Positions 1-11,365 are shown, counted from the whole stretch's first letter. The stretch is 63,924 nt of DNA, filler included, from Globobulimina sp. (GCA_003354225.1; 39 parts of 39 records of this genome joined end to end with filler, not necessarily neighbours in it), one strand, 5' to 3'. The notes: generated by a model from the sequence alone, not told the origin. Translations and numbers: made by a program.

Positions 1-2
1 TG

Positions 3-626
3 GATTCCATTTTATTATTTTTATGCATTGTTTGTGGTGTAATACGGATGCGATTGATAAAGCGGTTAGGAATACATGTAAATATATCCATTTTTGGTTT
101 AATCCGCTCGTATTTAACAGTGTTGATTCAATTTGGTATCTTATACTTCGATGTATGGATTGTAACAAAGAATAATAAAACACCGGCCTTTGATATTCAT
201 GTTGTGTCTGGCGATCAGAATAATTATTTTTCGATGCTTGCTCATTTTGTGTATTTCAGTATGAGTACTTTTACAAATGTCGGCGCCGAAGCAGCGATAG
301 CAACGCATGAATGGACTGGACAGGTTTTGAATTGTATGCAGATGCTGTTAGGTGTTATATTCCATACAACTGTGTTTGGTGTAAGTTTATTGGATATCCA
401 ATCAAAGCGAATTATTGATACACAACGATTTGTTGAATCACATACTTTGACGCCGACGCGGGATATTAAAAGAACAAATACTTTAAGACATGTTGGGTTA
501 ATTCAAAGGGAAATTAAAGAGATGGTTATTGCGCATACACCAAAAAATGACAAACATGGATATGAGTTTCCGGCAATAAATTCTTTATCGATTAATCGGG
601 ATATCACTGATCTTGCTTCAGAGTAA
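3..626 (+). CDS. Two-TM/pore-loop ion channel domain protein (Ion_trans_2-like), 5' partial
   Basis: TM (SYLTVLIQFGILYF), pore helix YFSMSTFTNVG, then TM (GQVLNCMQMLLGVIF). Frame open from nt 3. Confidence 0.6.
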   Translation, partial: DSILLFLCIVCGVIRMRLIKRLGIHVNISIFGLIRSYLTVLIQFGILYFDVWIVTKNNKTPAFDIHVVSGDQNNYFSMLAHFVYFSMSTFTNVGAEAAIATHEWTGQVLNCMQMLLGVIFHTTVFGVSLLDIQSKRIIDTQRFVESHTLTPTRDIKRTNTLRHVGLIQREIKEMVIAHTPKNDKHGYEFPAINSLSINRDITDLASE

Positions 627-744
627 AATAGATTTTGTATTCGTATTTTGTGTTTTTTGGCTGATAAAATCAACATCTTTTTTTACAATGGCAGTCACAA
701 AATATCATAAAAACATGATGTACGAACGAATTGATGAAGCGACA

Positions 745-1473
745 TCAATCAATTATATTATCACACGACTGTGTTTCCGACGACTGTGGTAACACATTAA
801 TTAATTTTGTCATGATGCCATTCAAAGTGAAGTCATTTACGCTTATATTCCAAGCCTCATTCAATTCAGCAGCTATGCTTGGAATCAGCATCCGAACAAA
901 CTCAAAATTTTGAGTGATTACATGTAAATTTAACTGCTGATTATCAAGATTCAAAAAATAATTTTCCAATATATCCGATACAATTAACAGCTTCCAATAT
1001 TCGATCAGACTGTTTTGTGGGGACCGTACAGCATCGAATATTTCCAGATCGTTAATTACTTTACTTATTTGTAACAAAAACCGACGCCAAAACTCAAGAT
1101 TTTTTCTTTTAGAAACCAACAAATTCTTCAATACAGTCTGAACATATTTAGTTGATTGTTGTTGTAAGATATCCATAGATTTAATGCTTTCATTGGCCAT
1201 TCTCATATAATTCGTTTGATAAACATCCTGTATTTTGGATATATCCCTCCTTCTCATTTTTGAATTACGATCAAGCATTTTATCGAATGCTTGTTTCATT
1301 GTTTTTTGGTGACAAATCAAATGCAAACAGCTCATGAATTTTGCGATTTGCACTGTATTCAAATTTTGCTTCATTGAGTTCACTGTGTTGAGGCATGCAA
1401 AAACCGGCGATTTTAAATTCGTTGAAAGATCGTTGTGTTTCTTTGATGTTAGAAATAGCTCCGATGTTGGCAA
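745..1473 (-). CDS. Hypothetical helical protein, probably the 3' part of a gene
   Basis: 242-codon ORF in AT-rich DNA, convergent with the channel gene. No motif recognised. Confidence 0.55.
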   Translation of the reverse strand: MPTSELFLTSKKHNDLSTNLKSPVFACLNTVNSMKQNLNTVQIAKFMSCLHLICHQKTMKQAFDKMLDRNSKMRRRDISKIQDVYQTNYMRMANESIKSMDILQQQSTKYVQTVLKNLLVSKRKNLEFWRRFLLQISKVINDLEIFDAVRSPQNSLIEYWKLLIVSDILENYFLNLDNQQLNLHVITQNFEFVRMLIPSIAAELNEAWNISVNDFTLNGIMTKLINVLPQSSETQSCDNIID

Positions 1474-1543
1474 TATAATGGTTTTTAGCGCAGATGAATC
1501 TGTGCTAAAATCAAAAGAGCGAACCGATGGTAAATAAATAACT

Positions 1544-1643
1544 NNNNNNNNNNNNNNNNNNNNNNNNNNNNNNNNNNNNNNNNNNNNTTAATTAATTAAN
1601 NNNNNNNNNNNNNNNNNNNNNNNNNNNNNNNNNNNNNNNNNNN
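1544..1643. other. Artificial contig-joining linker N44-TTAATTAATTAA-N44; first of 38, recurring about every 1640-1643 nt, last at 62285-62384
   Basis: Identical 100-nt linker with stops in all six frames. Flanking contigs are 1543, 1542, 1541 then 1540 bp, i.e. length-sorted. Confidence 0.99.
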
Positions 1644-1677
1644 GTCGCATTCATTATATCCTCTTTGCGCAGTTTCG

Positions 1678-2679
1678 TTGGATGTGGAGGTTTGTTTATT
1701 GTTCATAGCTCACGACGGCGTCTCACAGTCCGTGTTATGGGAAGAGTGGTTATCGGAAAATGCGTCAATTGGCAAGAAATTTGGTGTGGCAGTACAGTGC
1801 AACAATTTTAATGCCCTCAAAACTGGGAAGGAGTTTGCGGAAAAGTATCGCATCGATGTACAGAGAGCAACTTCTTGGGGAAAATTATTGGTTCCATTGA
1901 CAATACAAAAATCAATCCAGATCTCACTGAGGAAATACCCGCAATGCAGTCGCTTTTATATCATATCTGGCCGCGAAATCCCGTTGGTGTCCACCCAGCA
2001 TTTGTATGGTATGCCCAATAAAACGCAGTTAATGGCTAAAAAAATAGTGTGTGGGCCAACCGCGGCGAAGATCTCTGCGAAAAGAATGGGCAAATTATTG
2101 CAATGGTATTCGGGCCACGCCGCCATGTCTTTGTCGCGCTGCCATGCCGAGATAATCTCTGTTACGCCGTGGAAAGAATATTTTTCTGAGTTTGATTACG
2201 TTTATGATAATATTGGCGCGCCGGACGAGTTTCTGTTTGCTACCACGTTGGCTGCGTTTGGTTGTAATATGAAGAATAATGTTGAAATATGGCGCGAAGT
2301 GACCACAGACTTTGAATTGCCGCCAAAGTTAAATGTGCGACATCCGATTTTGTTCAATTCGTTGGATGACATTGTCGAATATTGGATAGTCAACGAAAAG
2401 ATGGATGTTTGCGGCAAAGAAAAGAAATCATTGAAGCAATTGTTATGTGATAGATATAGGAAACCGTACAGATTATGGGGATACGGACCTTGTTTTTTTA
2501 GAAAGATATCGCAAAACGTCAACTTTACGCATTTTAAGCCCTGGAAATTATGCACAATGAAACCACCCATTATTGATAAAGAAAAAAATATCGATCAAAC
2601 TATAAATTATAGGAAGGAATTGGAGTCTGTCGCTTATATGGATCAAGACGAAATTCTAGCAATTAATATTCAAAAATAA
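1678..2679 (+). CDS. Core-2/I-branching (GT14-like, DUF266/BC10-type) glycosyltransferase
   Basis: LLFIA..LWEEW, TSWG, RFYIISGREIPL, APDEFLFAT and CFFRK match the Branch-family motifs (FLFL, WG, LLSESCIPL, PDEHYF, FARK). Confidence 0.75.
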   Translation: MDVEVCLLFIAHDGVSQSVLWEEWLSENASIGKKFGVAVQCNNFNALKTGKEFAEKYRIDVQRATSWGKLLVPLTIQKSIQISLRKYPQCSRFYIISGREIPLVSTQHLYGMPNKTQLMAKKIVCGPTAAKISAKRMGKLLQWYSGHAAMSLSRCHAEIISVTPWKEYFSEFDYVYDNIGAPDEFLFATTLAAFGCNMKNNVEIWREVTTDFELPPKLNVRHPILFNSLDDIVEYWIVNEKMDVCGKEKKSLKQLLCDRYRKPYRLWGYGPCFFRKISQNVNFTHFKPWKLCTMKPPIIDKEKNIDQTINYRKELESVAYMDQDEILAINIQK

Positions 2680-2917
2680 ATAACTTGTCCTGTTTTTTAT
2701 TTATTTATTACAATAAACTTTACTTTGAACGACTAAGTCTTTACATGCTTTCGTCTCTTCTCTGCGATTAGTACAACGCCGTACCACAAAAACAAATTTA
2801 ACATCGCAACACACCACAACCACACACAGTTAATAAACTCACTCAAAATAATAAGCACAAACAACGTTAATAATTATCAAAGCTTTCTACAGAAATAGCG
2901 AGAATTTTCATTTTAAA

Positions 2918-3186
2918 ATGGGAAACAAAGAAACAAAGAAGCCACAGTGACTCAAACAGAGAAGTCTGATTTTCAAATATTCAAAACAGACACAACAAAC
3001 TGTAATATTAATAATAACGAAGATGAAGTGGTAAAGAATTGCGATCATTTATTGCGAATTGCATATTGTTTGCGATATTATCACTTATTATGTGCGAAAG
3101 AGAGTGACTTGAATGCGCAGCAAATATTGATTGAGTTTTGCAGTAATTCATATTTAATGTGTTTGTCAGATTATATTCATTTAATG
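2918..3186 (+). CDS. N-terminal fragment of a lineage-specific protein, 3' partial, possible frameshift
   Basis: ATG 2918 (MGNKETKK) is out of frame with the ORF from 2947 (CDHLLRIAYCLRYY...LSDYIHLM). Runs off the contig. Confidence 0.4.
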
Positions 3187-3286
3187 NNNNNNNNNNNNNN
3201 NNNNNNNNNNNNNNNNNNNNNNNNNNNNNNTTAATTAATTAANNNNNNNNNNNNNNNNNNNNNNNNNNNNNNNNNNNNNNNNNNNN

Positions 3287-3684
3287 ATGTCTTTATGTAA
3301 TAACTGAAAGTCTCCGAAATCCAATATAATATCTATGATATTATCAGGTTGCATGGTATGAATATGAAACAATTTTCTTATATGTACTCGTAATGAAGGA
3401 ATAGTTTTTTCCCTCGATCTCTGTAAATAAAAAGTTAATCTTTTGTGCGTATCATATTTGGGATATAAATAAAAAAATATCATTGGAATGAGTATAAATG
3501 AACAAATCATGTAAACCATAAATGCTATTAAGAATTCAGAAGACGCCCAATATCGTTTATTAAATGGCGCTGTGAAGTCTTCATTTAACCAGATTGTGTC
3601 CAATGTTTGGTTATTCACATTTTTATAATTTCCAAAATTCCCTTCAGTGGCCATTTCTGCCAAAACGGAGCAATCTGTTGACAT
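3287..3684 (-). CDS. Hypothetical membrane protein, 3' partial
   Basis: One strong TM segment (FLIAFMVYMICSFILIPMIFFYLY) followed by HIRK..PDNIIDIILDF. Confidence 0.5.
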
Positions 3685-3857
3685 CTAGCAAACTGTTGAT
3701 GTTGCAGGCAGTCGAAAGTTTTTTCAACAGCATTCAGAAAGTCTAATTCGTGCAATCATGTCCTTCGTTTTGCTCTAACGTCGCCATGTTGCACTGTGAC
3801 TGTAGTAGTAAGTAGTAGTGAACAAACTGGATTTAATATTATTGTATCGATATTGTT

Positions 3858-4529
3858 CTAGAACATGTTATCATATGACACCAATTTTAATTTACCCATG
3901 GAATACAATGCAACGGCTGCTTTATATTGACATTTTTCAACATCAAATCCTTTTCCAAAACGTTGGTCATTAACACCCCAACTCAACACTAATTCATCCA
4001 AATCTAGATACATATCAATAGTATCATTGATAGATGCAGTGACACCATACTCTATGTCACGTCCACCCGTTTCAGGATGACTTAGTTTTGATACTGCGGT
4101 TGAAAACGAATAGCCTCTGTCTTTTCCACTTAAAAAAAACGTATCAACTCTCTGTGGCCTATCTTGTTTCATTTTAAATATTCCAATTTCCGGTCTTGAA
4201 TTCATTGCTCCTATGTCCATATCCATTATCTTGAATTTCCAGTGATGTCTGCCTTCACTCACAATATTTGTTAAATAGATGCTTTCCCAGACATTTCCTG
4301 TTTTAATACAAATATCTTCATTTGAGAGATTCTCAACGATTTGAAATGTTCGACCGTGCTGTTTTTTGTCCCAACATTCTCTGATATGGTAAAATGATAA
4401 ACATAAATTTGTGACTAAGTCAGGAATGTTGTAATATGGGTTACCATTCGGAGGGAATAAATCCTCACATTCTCTGATATAACCATGAACCAACGCATTC
4501 ACTCTGTGTGGAATTCCTTTTTGCATCAC
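3858..4529 (-). CDS. B30.2/SPRY-like domain protein with N-terminal GYIR/IP motif
   Basis: GRHHWKFKI, IGI, DTIDMYLDLDELVLSWGVNDQRFGKGF, YKAAVAL follow the SPRY strand pattern. Confidence 0.8.
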   Translation of the reverse strand: MMQKGIPHRVNALVHGYIRECEDLFPPNGNPYYNIPDLVTNLCLSFYHIRECWDKKQHGRTFQIVENLSNEDICIKTGNVWESIYLTNIVSEGRHHWKFKIMDMDIGAMNSRPEIGIFKMKQDRPQRVDTFFLSGKDRGYSFSTAVSKLSHPETGGRDIEYGVTASINDTIDMYLDLDELVLSWGVNDQRFGKGFDVEKCQYKAAVALYSMGKLKLVSYDNMF

Positions 4530-4931
4530 TCAAATGCTTTACACGTACACCACCACAGAATTCGATAATGAAAAATAATAAATATTAATAACAAAATCTG
4601 TAATTCTGTATATTAACCTCTTTGCACCCTACAAGTACCCTAGATGGACCATGGTGATTGTAGAGAAAACTAAAGCTTTTGTGTTGAAACAAAATATTTT
4701 GATTTCTCGGATTTTAATCGGAAAACACTATATAACAACATCCATAAACCCAATACACCGATCGTGATTTTTAATGCAAAGTTTAAATATGGAAAACATA
4801 CCCGTAATATTTTGCAGCTTCTTCTTCAGNNNNNNNNNNNNNNNNNNNNNNNNNNNNNNNNNNNNNNNNNNNNTTAATTAATTAANNNNNNNNNNNNNNN
4901 NNNNNNNNNNNNNNNNNNNNNNNNNNNNNAC

Positions 4932-6472
4932 TTAGATTTTGATACTAAACTTCCAATGGTTACCATGGCAAAGGCAGTTTATTTCAATTCTACATATTTT
5001 GTGGGTGTGGTTGGTATTGACATACCATTAGACTTTCTATCAGATGCTGTCGGTGATGTAACTATTGGACGCAAGTCCTACTCATTTGTTGTGAACCAGG
5101 AATCTGAACTCATTTTACATCCCGCAATTGCTGACCCATTGACCACATTATTCGCAAATGATGAATATAAAGCTGTCTATATCGCAGATGTAGAGCCAAA
5201 CGAGTTGAATGACACCGTGGTCACACTACTAACGACTCGCCAGAGTGGCACGCTTAAGATTGAAGCTTTGACAACACAGTCTGCCGGGAATGTTGCTTAC
5301 AATGGTTATGTTTCAGAAACAGCCAACTTATTATATGTGTACTCAGGAGTTGGGCCCTCGTCATTGTCGCTTGTCATTGTTATTTATACTGACGCAGATA
5401 CTGAAGCACCCCATGTCAAAGGTTTTGGATTCAAAGGTTCGCCAAATACTGATTGCGCTATTAATGCAACACAGCCATCAAATTGTGTGGCTCCATTCAA
5501 CCTTTACGATCATTTGGATGTTATGAAAGCGTGCAATGTGTCATGGATTGGTGAAGCAGAAATTATGCACAGTCCTACAAAGAATAGTTCTGTGTCGTTT
5601 AAATATCCATCGTGGTATTTGCAAGCTGGATGTTGGGAGAGTGCAATGGATGCAATCGACAGCAAACCAACATGTTCAGAGATCGAAGCACTGCATAAAG
5701 TAACAAATAGATTAGGTTTTGTGACAACTTCTGAATTACCGTTTGATGGTTTTCGATCGGAAATATCATCGAAAATATTGAACTCCATCTACACCATGCC
5801 ATCATTAGCGCAATTTTGGAAATCGTCGTTTTTGTCAACCAATTCTACATTTTTTGCATTTTATTTTGCATCGTATCAAGGTTTGATGATACTGTATCCA
5901 GCACAGCAAGTGCAACGAACATATAATCCGTTGATACGGCCATGGTATCAACGAGCAATATCATATCCAAACTTATTTGTGTTTACAACTCCGTACATTG
6001 ATGCATTTACAGGCCAAATAGTTGCAAGTGGTGCTACTTCCATTATGCTACCAAATGTTAATTCAATTCATTCCTTTGGTGTGGCTGGATTTGATTATCA
6101 GTTTAATGAATTCATATCGTATTGGAACAATATAATGAGTGATATTTGCAATCAAAAACAAAAACAATATTGTTATCTCGTTGACTCTTCCGCATTTTTA
6201 TTATATTATGATGGCATTCAAGCAGCGGTTGCAAATAGCAATGACGATACAATTTCGATTAAGTTTTTTGGTGATTTTGAACCAACGCTGATGCAGTCAT
6301 TGATTGATAAGGGATTCTTTGCAAAGGAAACTAATACAAACTTTGAGGATGATACGATTAATATTGCCTATATTGCCAATGATGAAATATATTCTGAACA
6401 ATCACTTGATTCAATGGCAACATCATTTGACAGGAATTCTGGCTTATATTCGCTTCATATGATCGCAAAAAC
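4932..6472 (+). CDS. alpha2delta/CACHD1-like dCache domain protein, internal fragment
   Basis: VGVVGIDIPL..SYSFVVNQESELILHP, YNPLIRPWY..TPYIDAFTG, GVAGFD, CYLVDSSAFL. Confidence 0.85.
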
Positions 6473-6572
6473 NNNNNNNNNNNNNNNNNNNNNNNNNNNN
6501 NNNNNNNNNNNNNNNNTTAATTAATTAANNNNNNNNNNNNNNNNNNNNNNNNNNNNNNNNNNNNNNNNNNNN

Positions 6573-8114
6573 CTGCAAAAAATACGATTGTGTGACTGGA
6601 CCAAATGCTTTCATCCCATCTATACATTGGATCGCGGACTTAAGTGCACTGAAATTAACATGCGAAGAAATATCAATGTCACCGGGCTTAGACAATATAT
6701 TCGCCGGTTTATGATCTTTAATGCCTTGCACACTCCACGCCGGAATATTGTCGCTGCCATAATCAATAATAAAGCCAGCGCCGCCATATTGTTTGATCCA
6801 TTTTGCGATATGATTTGCAATCTCATTGCCTTCGCTGCAAATGCTAAATTGCTGTCCAATGCTTGGTTTGATCCCTTTTGCTTCGAACTGTCGATCCAAG
6901 ACAGTGGAGGCAAAGGTGGCCACCGGGCCTCTGACCAATTTGAAATGTTCCTCATTATGCTCGTCATCATCTACATCCACGACGGTCTCCACCCAGCCAT
7001 GCGGTCGGAATTCAAAATGAGAGATTGGCAGCGCATCGAAAAATTCATGACAAATGAATAAGGCGGCACTGCCATCAATGGAATGTAATGAATTGTGCCA
7101 TGATATCAATATGTTATCCTTTGTCCGCGCTTGCCATATTTCTTCATCTTCATAGGCAGTCTCATGCTTTAAATCCTCAAAATCCAGCAAATCGCCAAAA
7201 TCCAGTCCTGCGCCACTCCCACCTTTCACTTCATGCATCTCTATCTTATCCAATATCGGTTGGAATGGATTGGGCGGTGTCTCCGGCGCAGCATATTCAG
7301 CAAAAGCATCCGCATCAAAACCAATCTCTTCTTTCCGTTTTGTATCGGATTCCATGTCTCGCTTTGTTTTACGTGTTGGTATGGTGCTGGTGCCTTCATT
7401 GTAGGCTTTGATATGTGTCGAATGTGTGCTACTGTCTAATATTTGTGTGCTGGGACTATCAATGGTGGCATTTGCATTTGCATTTACATTGATTGATGTA
7501 TTTGGTTGCGGACTTAGCGGGTCTTGATGTACTTTTATTTTTGAATGTTGTTGTTCCCATTCACGCGATTTCTGTCCAGTGACATATGGCTTCATCTCTT
7601 CATCGACATGGCCAAATATTCCGTCATCATGTTGACTCCAATCAAATGGTTTGTATTTTTCTTTTATATCCTCACTTAATTCCATATTGCCGCCTAAACC
7701 CATCGCACTCATAGCTTTCCCGGACATTTCGCCAAAAATACGATCCGCGCTAAATGGGTTTGATTTGATTTTATCCCCTAAATCTTGGCCAGGTTCTAAT
7801 ATGTTACTCGCTCTCTTCTGCTCATTTCTTTCTTTTTTGGGTATTGGCTCCAATAATTCAGCTGGAATATCATCGCGAGTCTTGAATTCCTTTTCGTTAT
7901 CATTCATAGATTGCTTTTTACCAACAATGGGACGAATTGTTTTCTTTGGGTCCATTCGGATTTGCGGATCGGTGTTGATCGGAGTTATTGGCTTTGTTTT
8001 TTTGGAAATTTCAATTGGATCTACACCTAAACCCATTAATTTTGTTTTTGTTTCCGGATTTTTATGGTATTCTTGCGAAGACATATAGGTTTCCGTATTT
8101 TTCATTTTTATCAG
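6573..8114 (-). CDS. NDUFAF7: Protein arginine methyltransferase NDUFAF7/MidA, internal fragment with long low-complexity region
   Basis: ISWH, ICHEFFDALP, GW.E..VD, GGAGFIIDYG, PGDIDISSHVNF, GPVTQSYFL. Confidence 0.9.
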
Positions 8115-8214
8115 NNNNNNNNNNNNNNNNNNNNNNNNNNNNNNNNNNNNNNNNNNNNTTAATTAATTAANNNNNNNNNNNNNNNNNNNNNNNNNNNNNN
8201 NNNNNNNNNNNNNN

Positions 8215-8735
8215 CTGTCATGGTTGAGCAAAATACCTAAATTCCATAAATAAAGCAATCCATCCTTGATTAGCTCAATTACGACGAATATTAAACAGAA
8301 TATATATAATGTGTTATAAGTGGATGTGTTTGATTTGTATTTTGTTGGTTGGAATAAATATTTTAACCGTTTTATGAACAAAATGTAAGTTAATGTCTGT
8401 GCAATTCTCCAACTTACACCTAATATATAAATGAGTATCCATTGATAAATACCGTCTGGGTCCTGTACAGGGGATATTTTTGTTACTCTGTATGCCATGG
8501 TCATGCTCGATATTGCATACAGAAATATAGCAATTATTGATGTTGCTTGGATGGATTGAGTTGCTACGATTTTATCCAACATAAACATGTACCACCTTAT
8601 ACAATGTGAGTCAGTGATTATATGTTTATTTGGTACTAAGCCATAGATCTCATACCAAGATAAAAAGATCATCAATAAGCAAAACATTGATGTTCCTACA
8701 TGTGTATAAACAAGAATCGTCTGCGTTGTTTTCAT
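8215..8735 (-). CDS. Multi-pass (7TM-like) membrane protein, 3' partial
   Basis: Several TM helices. YILFIKRLKYLFQPTKY motif is shared with the ORFs at 9857 and 43212. Confidence 0.65.
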
Positions 8736-8864
8736 TGTTCAGTTGCAGTGAGTGAGTTGAAAAACCTTTATTTATTTTCTTCATTTGTTTATTTAAAAAA
8801 TGCGAAATAATCCATTAATTATTTTTGTAAAACGGTGCAAGGATCAGTAGCGTACGTGGTCATT

Positions 8865-9632
8865 TCATCCACTTTTTTTACAATTTTTTTTATGTTTTGA
8901 CCAATCATTTTTTTGACAGTCCTTAGAACAATACCATACTTTTTTGCATCTGCCACACCGCGATCTCCCATTATTGTCACATTTCTTTGAACTGCACTTT
9001 TCACGCTTCAACTGTTTGAATGTATTTCTTTTGATAGCTTCTTTTATTAATTTGCTACTTGAATTACAATCCTTTAATCCAAAATTTAATCGACGAAAAT
9101 TCTCATCATCGTCGTAATACATTGACAAAAATACATCGCCCAAAATTGGTGCTATTCTGGCCACATTGCAGGTTTTTGCAATACTCTCTGCTCTCACATT
9201 CCGTGCATAATTCTTAAATTGTCCATTGTCGTCCAAATATATTTGCATTGTTTGATACAATGGGGATCCAATCGGTTGTCTTTTATTGCCGAGATTTGGC
9301 AAAGGTGGCATTAATACCATTGTCCCGACCATCTCAAATGAGGTTACACTGTCCAATAAATTCGGGTCAATATCTTTTACTTTTACTTTCGATTTAGATT
9401 TTTTTTTGATTTCTTCTTTGATATTTTTTATTTGTTGGGATTCGCCATGTTTTGTCCTTTTTTGTTTTCCGTAATGTTTTTTTAATTCATCCAGGAATAC
9501 GGTTAATTCTGTGCTGCTGTCAGATAAATCAATTTTTAATTCTTGCAGTGGTTGTTCAGTATCTGCTGGAACTAATACATAACTGGCTTTGTTTAATTGA
9601 TCAGGAATTTTATACTCTGCTGCTTGTGCCAT
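8865..9632 (-). CDS. MYND-type zinc finger protein
   Basis: C-terminal CSSKKC..RCGRCKKVWYCSKDCQKNDWSKHKKNC. Complete ORF. Confidence 0.9.
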   Translation of the reverse strand: MAQAAEYKIPDQLNKASYVLVPADTEQPLQELKIDLSDSSTELTVFLDELKKHYGKQKRTKHGESQQIKNIKEEIKKKSKSKVKVKDIDPNLLDSVTSFEMVGTMVLMPPLPNLGNKRQPIGSPLYQTMQIYLDDNGQFKNYARNVRAESIAKTCNVARIAPILGDVFLSMYYDDDENFRRLNFGLKDCNSSSKLIKEAIKRNTFKQLKREKCSSKKCDNNGRSRCGRCKKVWYCSKDCQKNDWSKHKKNCKKSG

Positions 9633-9856
9633 GGGTTTTGATTTTAATAGTTACACTGAAAACTTTCTTATAAATCTGTGATTATTTATCAACAGATTTC
9701 TTCAAAACGCGTTTCAACTAAATACCAGAAAAAAATAATGAACTAAAACAATAATGNNNNNNNNNNNNNNNNNNNNNNNNNNNNNNNNNNNNNNNNNNNN
9801 TTAATTAATTAANNNNNNNNNNNNNNNNNNNNNNNNNNNNNNNNNNNNNNNNNNNN

Positions 9857-10637
9857 TATTTGAATCAGAATGGTATAATGCAGTGAACATTCGTATGGCA
9901 TACGACAACTCATAAATTAAACTGGATACAATTGCCAGCGTCGACAATAATGCATATTTAACAATTTTATGTTTCAGATATTGTTTGTTTTGATTAGTAT
10001 TTGTTTGATTATATATTGGCTTTAAAAATAAAAATAATGTCATTCCGCTAAATGCAATATCCATTAAAATAAGCACAATTACTGATGTTTTGCTAATGTA
10101 ATCTACAAAATCTACACGAAAATTAAAAATACACAATACGTTGAACATAATTAAGGTCATTGTGACAATACAAATCATTGTGACCAATACATACAATATT
10201 TTGGAGGAGTAACAATATATTTTAGTGAAAAAATCATTATAAATGCGGTCAACGAATAACGTATAAATAGATAATTTTGATAAAACATATGTGTCTAAAA
10301 CAGTGGAATAATACAGATTGCCGACAAGGTTATAGCCGCACGGATAAATAGTACAAACAGGAAATGTTGTAAATAATAATATGATGCATAATAAAGAAAA
10401 TGTTGCGCTAAATGCTGCTGATATTTTTGTTAATAAATATGTATCCTCTTTATGTAATGGTTTTTGTTGACAATAAAATCTATTAATAATTAACCAGTGC
10501 AACAATATAGCAATAATAACAGCTGCAATGGATAGAAAAAATCCAATCAGCCAAAATGTGTCTGCTATTGAAATGTTATTGAAACGAGCTGCAAAACCAG
10601 GAAGAAAAGATGTTGGATCCGACGTTGGAGTTGCCAT
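9857..10637 (-). CDS. Multi-pass (7TM-like) membrane protein, 3' partial
   Basis: At least six TM segments; YTLFVDRIY, DIAFSGMTLFLFLKPI, KYALLSTLAIVSS. Confidence 0.65.
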
Positions 10638-10736
10638 TCTCGATCGCGATTTCAAAGCTCAGGCTGTAAAATTACTGAAGCAAAACCTGTAATATTGTGT
10701 GAATGCTGTAAAGCGCTGCACACACACAACAATGTT

Positions 10737-11365
10737 TCAATTCAATCCAACAAATGTTTGAAAAAAGGCTTTTTCATTGTGTCTGATACTAATAAAAATA
10801 TTTGAATCCGAAGACAAGTAAGATCCCCATTCAAAACCTCTTTTGCATTTTTTAACACAAGGAATGATTTGCTTAAAATCAACTGCATCCAAATTGACAG
10901 CAGCAACTGCCGCCAACACGTCATGGAATCTTTTCCCATCTTTTCGTTTGAACAGATATGTGTCCATTGCATCATAAATTATTCTCAAAGCTGGATGTTT
11001 ATCTCTAAATGCTCTCATTTTCAAATGAAACGCCTTATTATAATACACTCCATGACAAACATTTTTCGAAACCAGATATCTCTTTTCAAAAATACCATTA
11101 CAATGCGGATTTAACAACAAATACTCTGCGGCTCTAACATTCCCATTAAAATTCCACGTGGCAACAAATTCTTTTCCATCAAATTTCTTCAAGCGATATT
11201 TTTTTGGCACCACGTTGTCGCCGGCAAAGCCACCCTGACAGACCCAGGTCAACTTATTCTTATTTGGTGCTTTTTCCATACTGCAATATTTCACCACATA
11301 ATTATACAAATTCGTTAATGGAGCACCGGTGACAATGATACAGTCTCTATATTTGCTGACAGTTT
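10737..11365 (-). CDS. Inosine/uridine-preferring nucleoside hydrolase-like protein, last exon
   Basis: Exon follows a ..tttctgcAG acceptor at 11366. IVTGAPLTNL, QGGFAG, TWNFNGN, VSKNVCHG, FHDVLAA. Confidence 0.75.
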
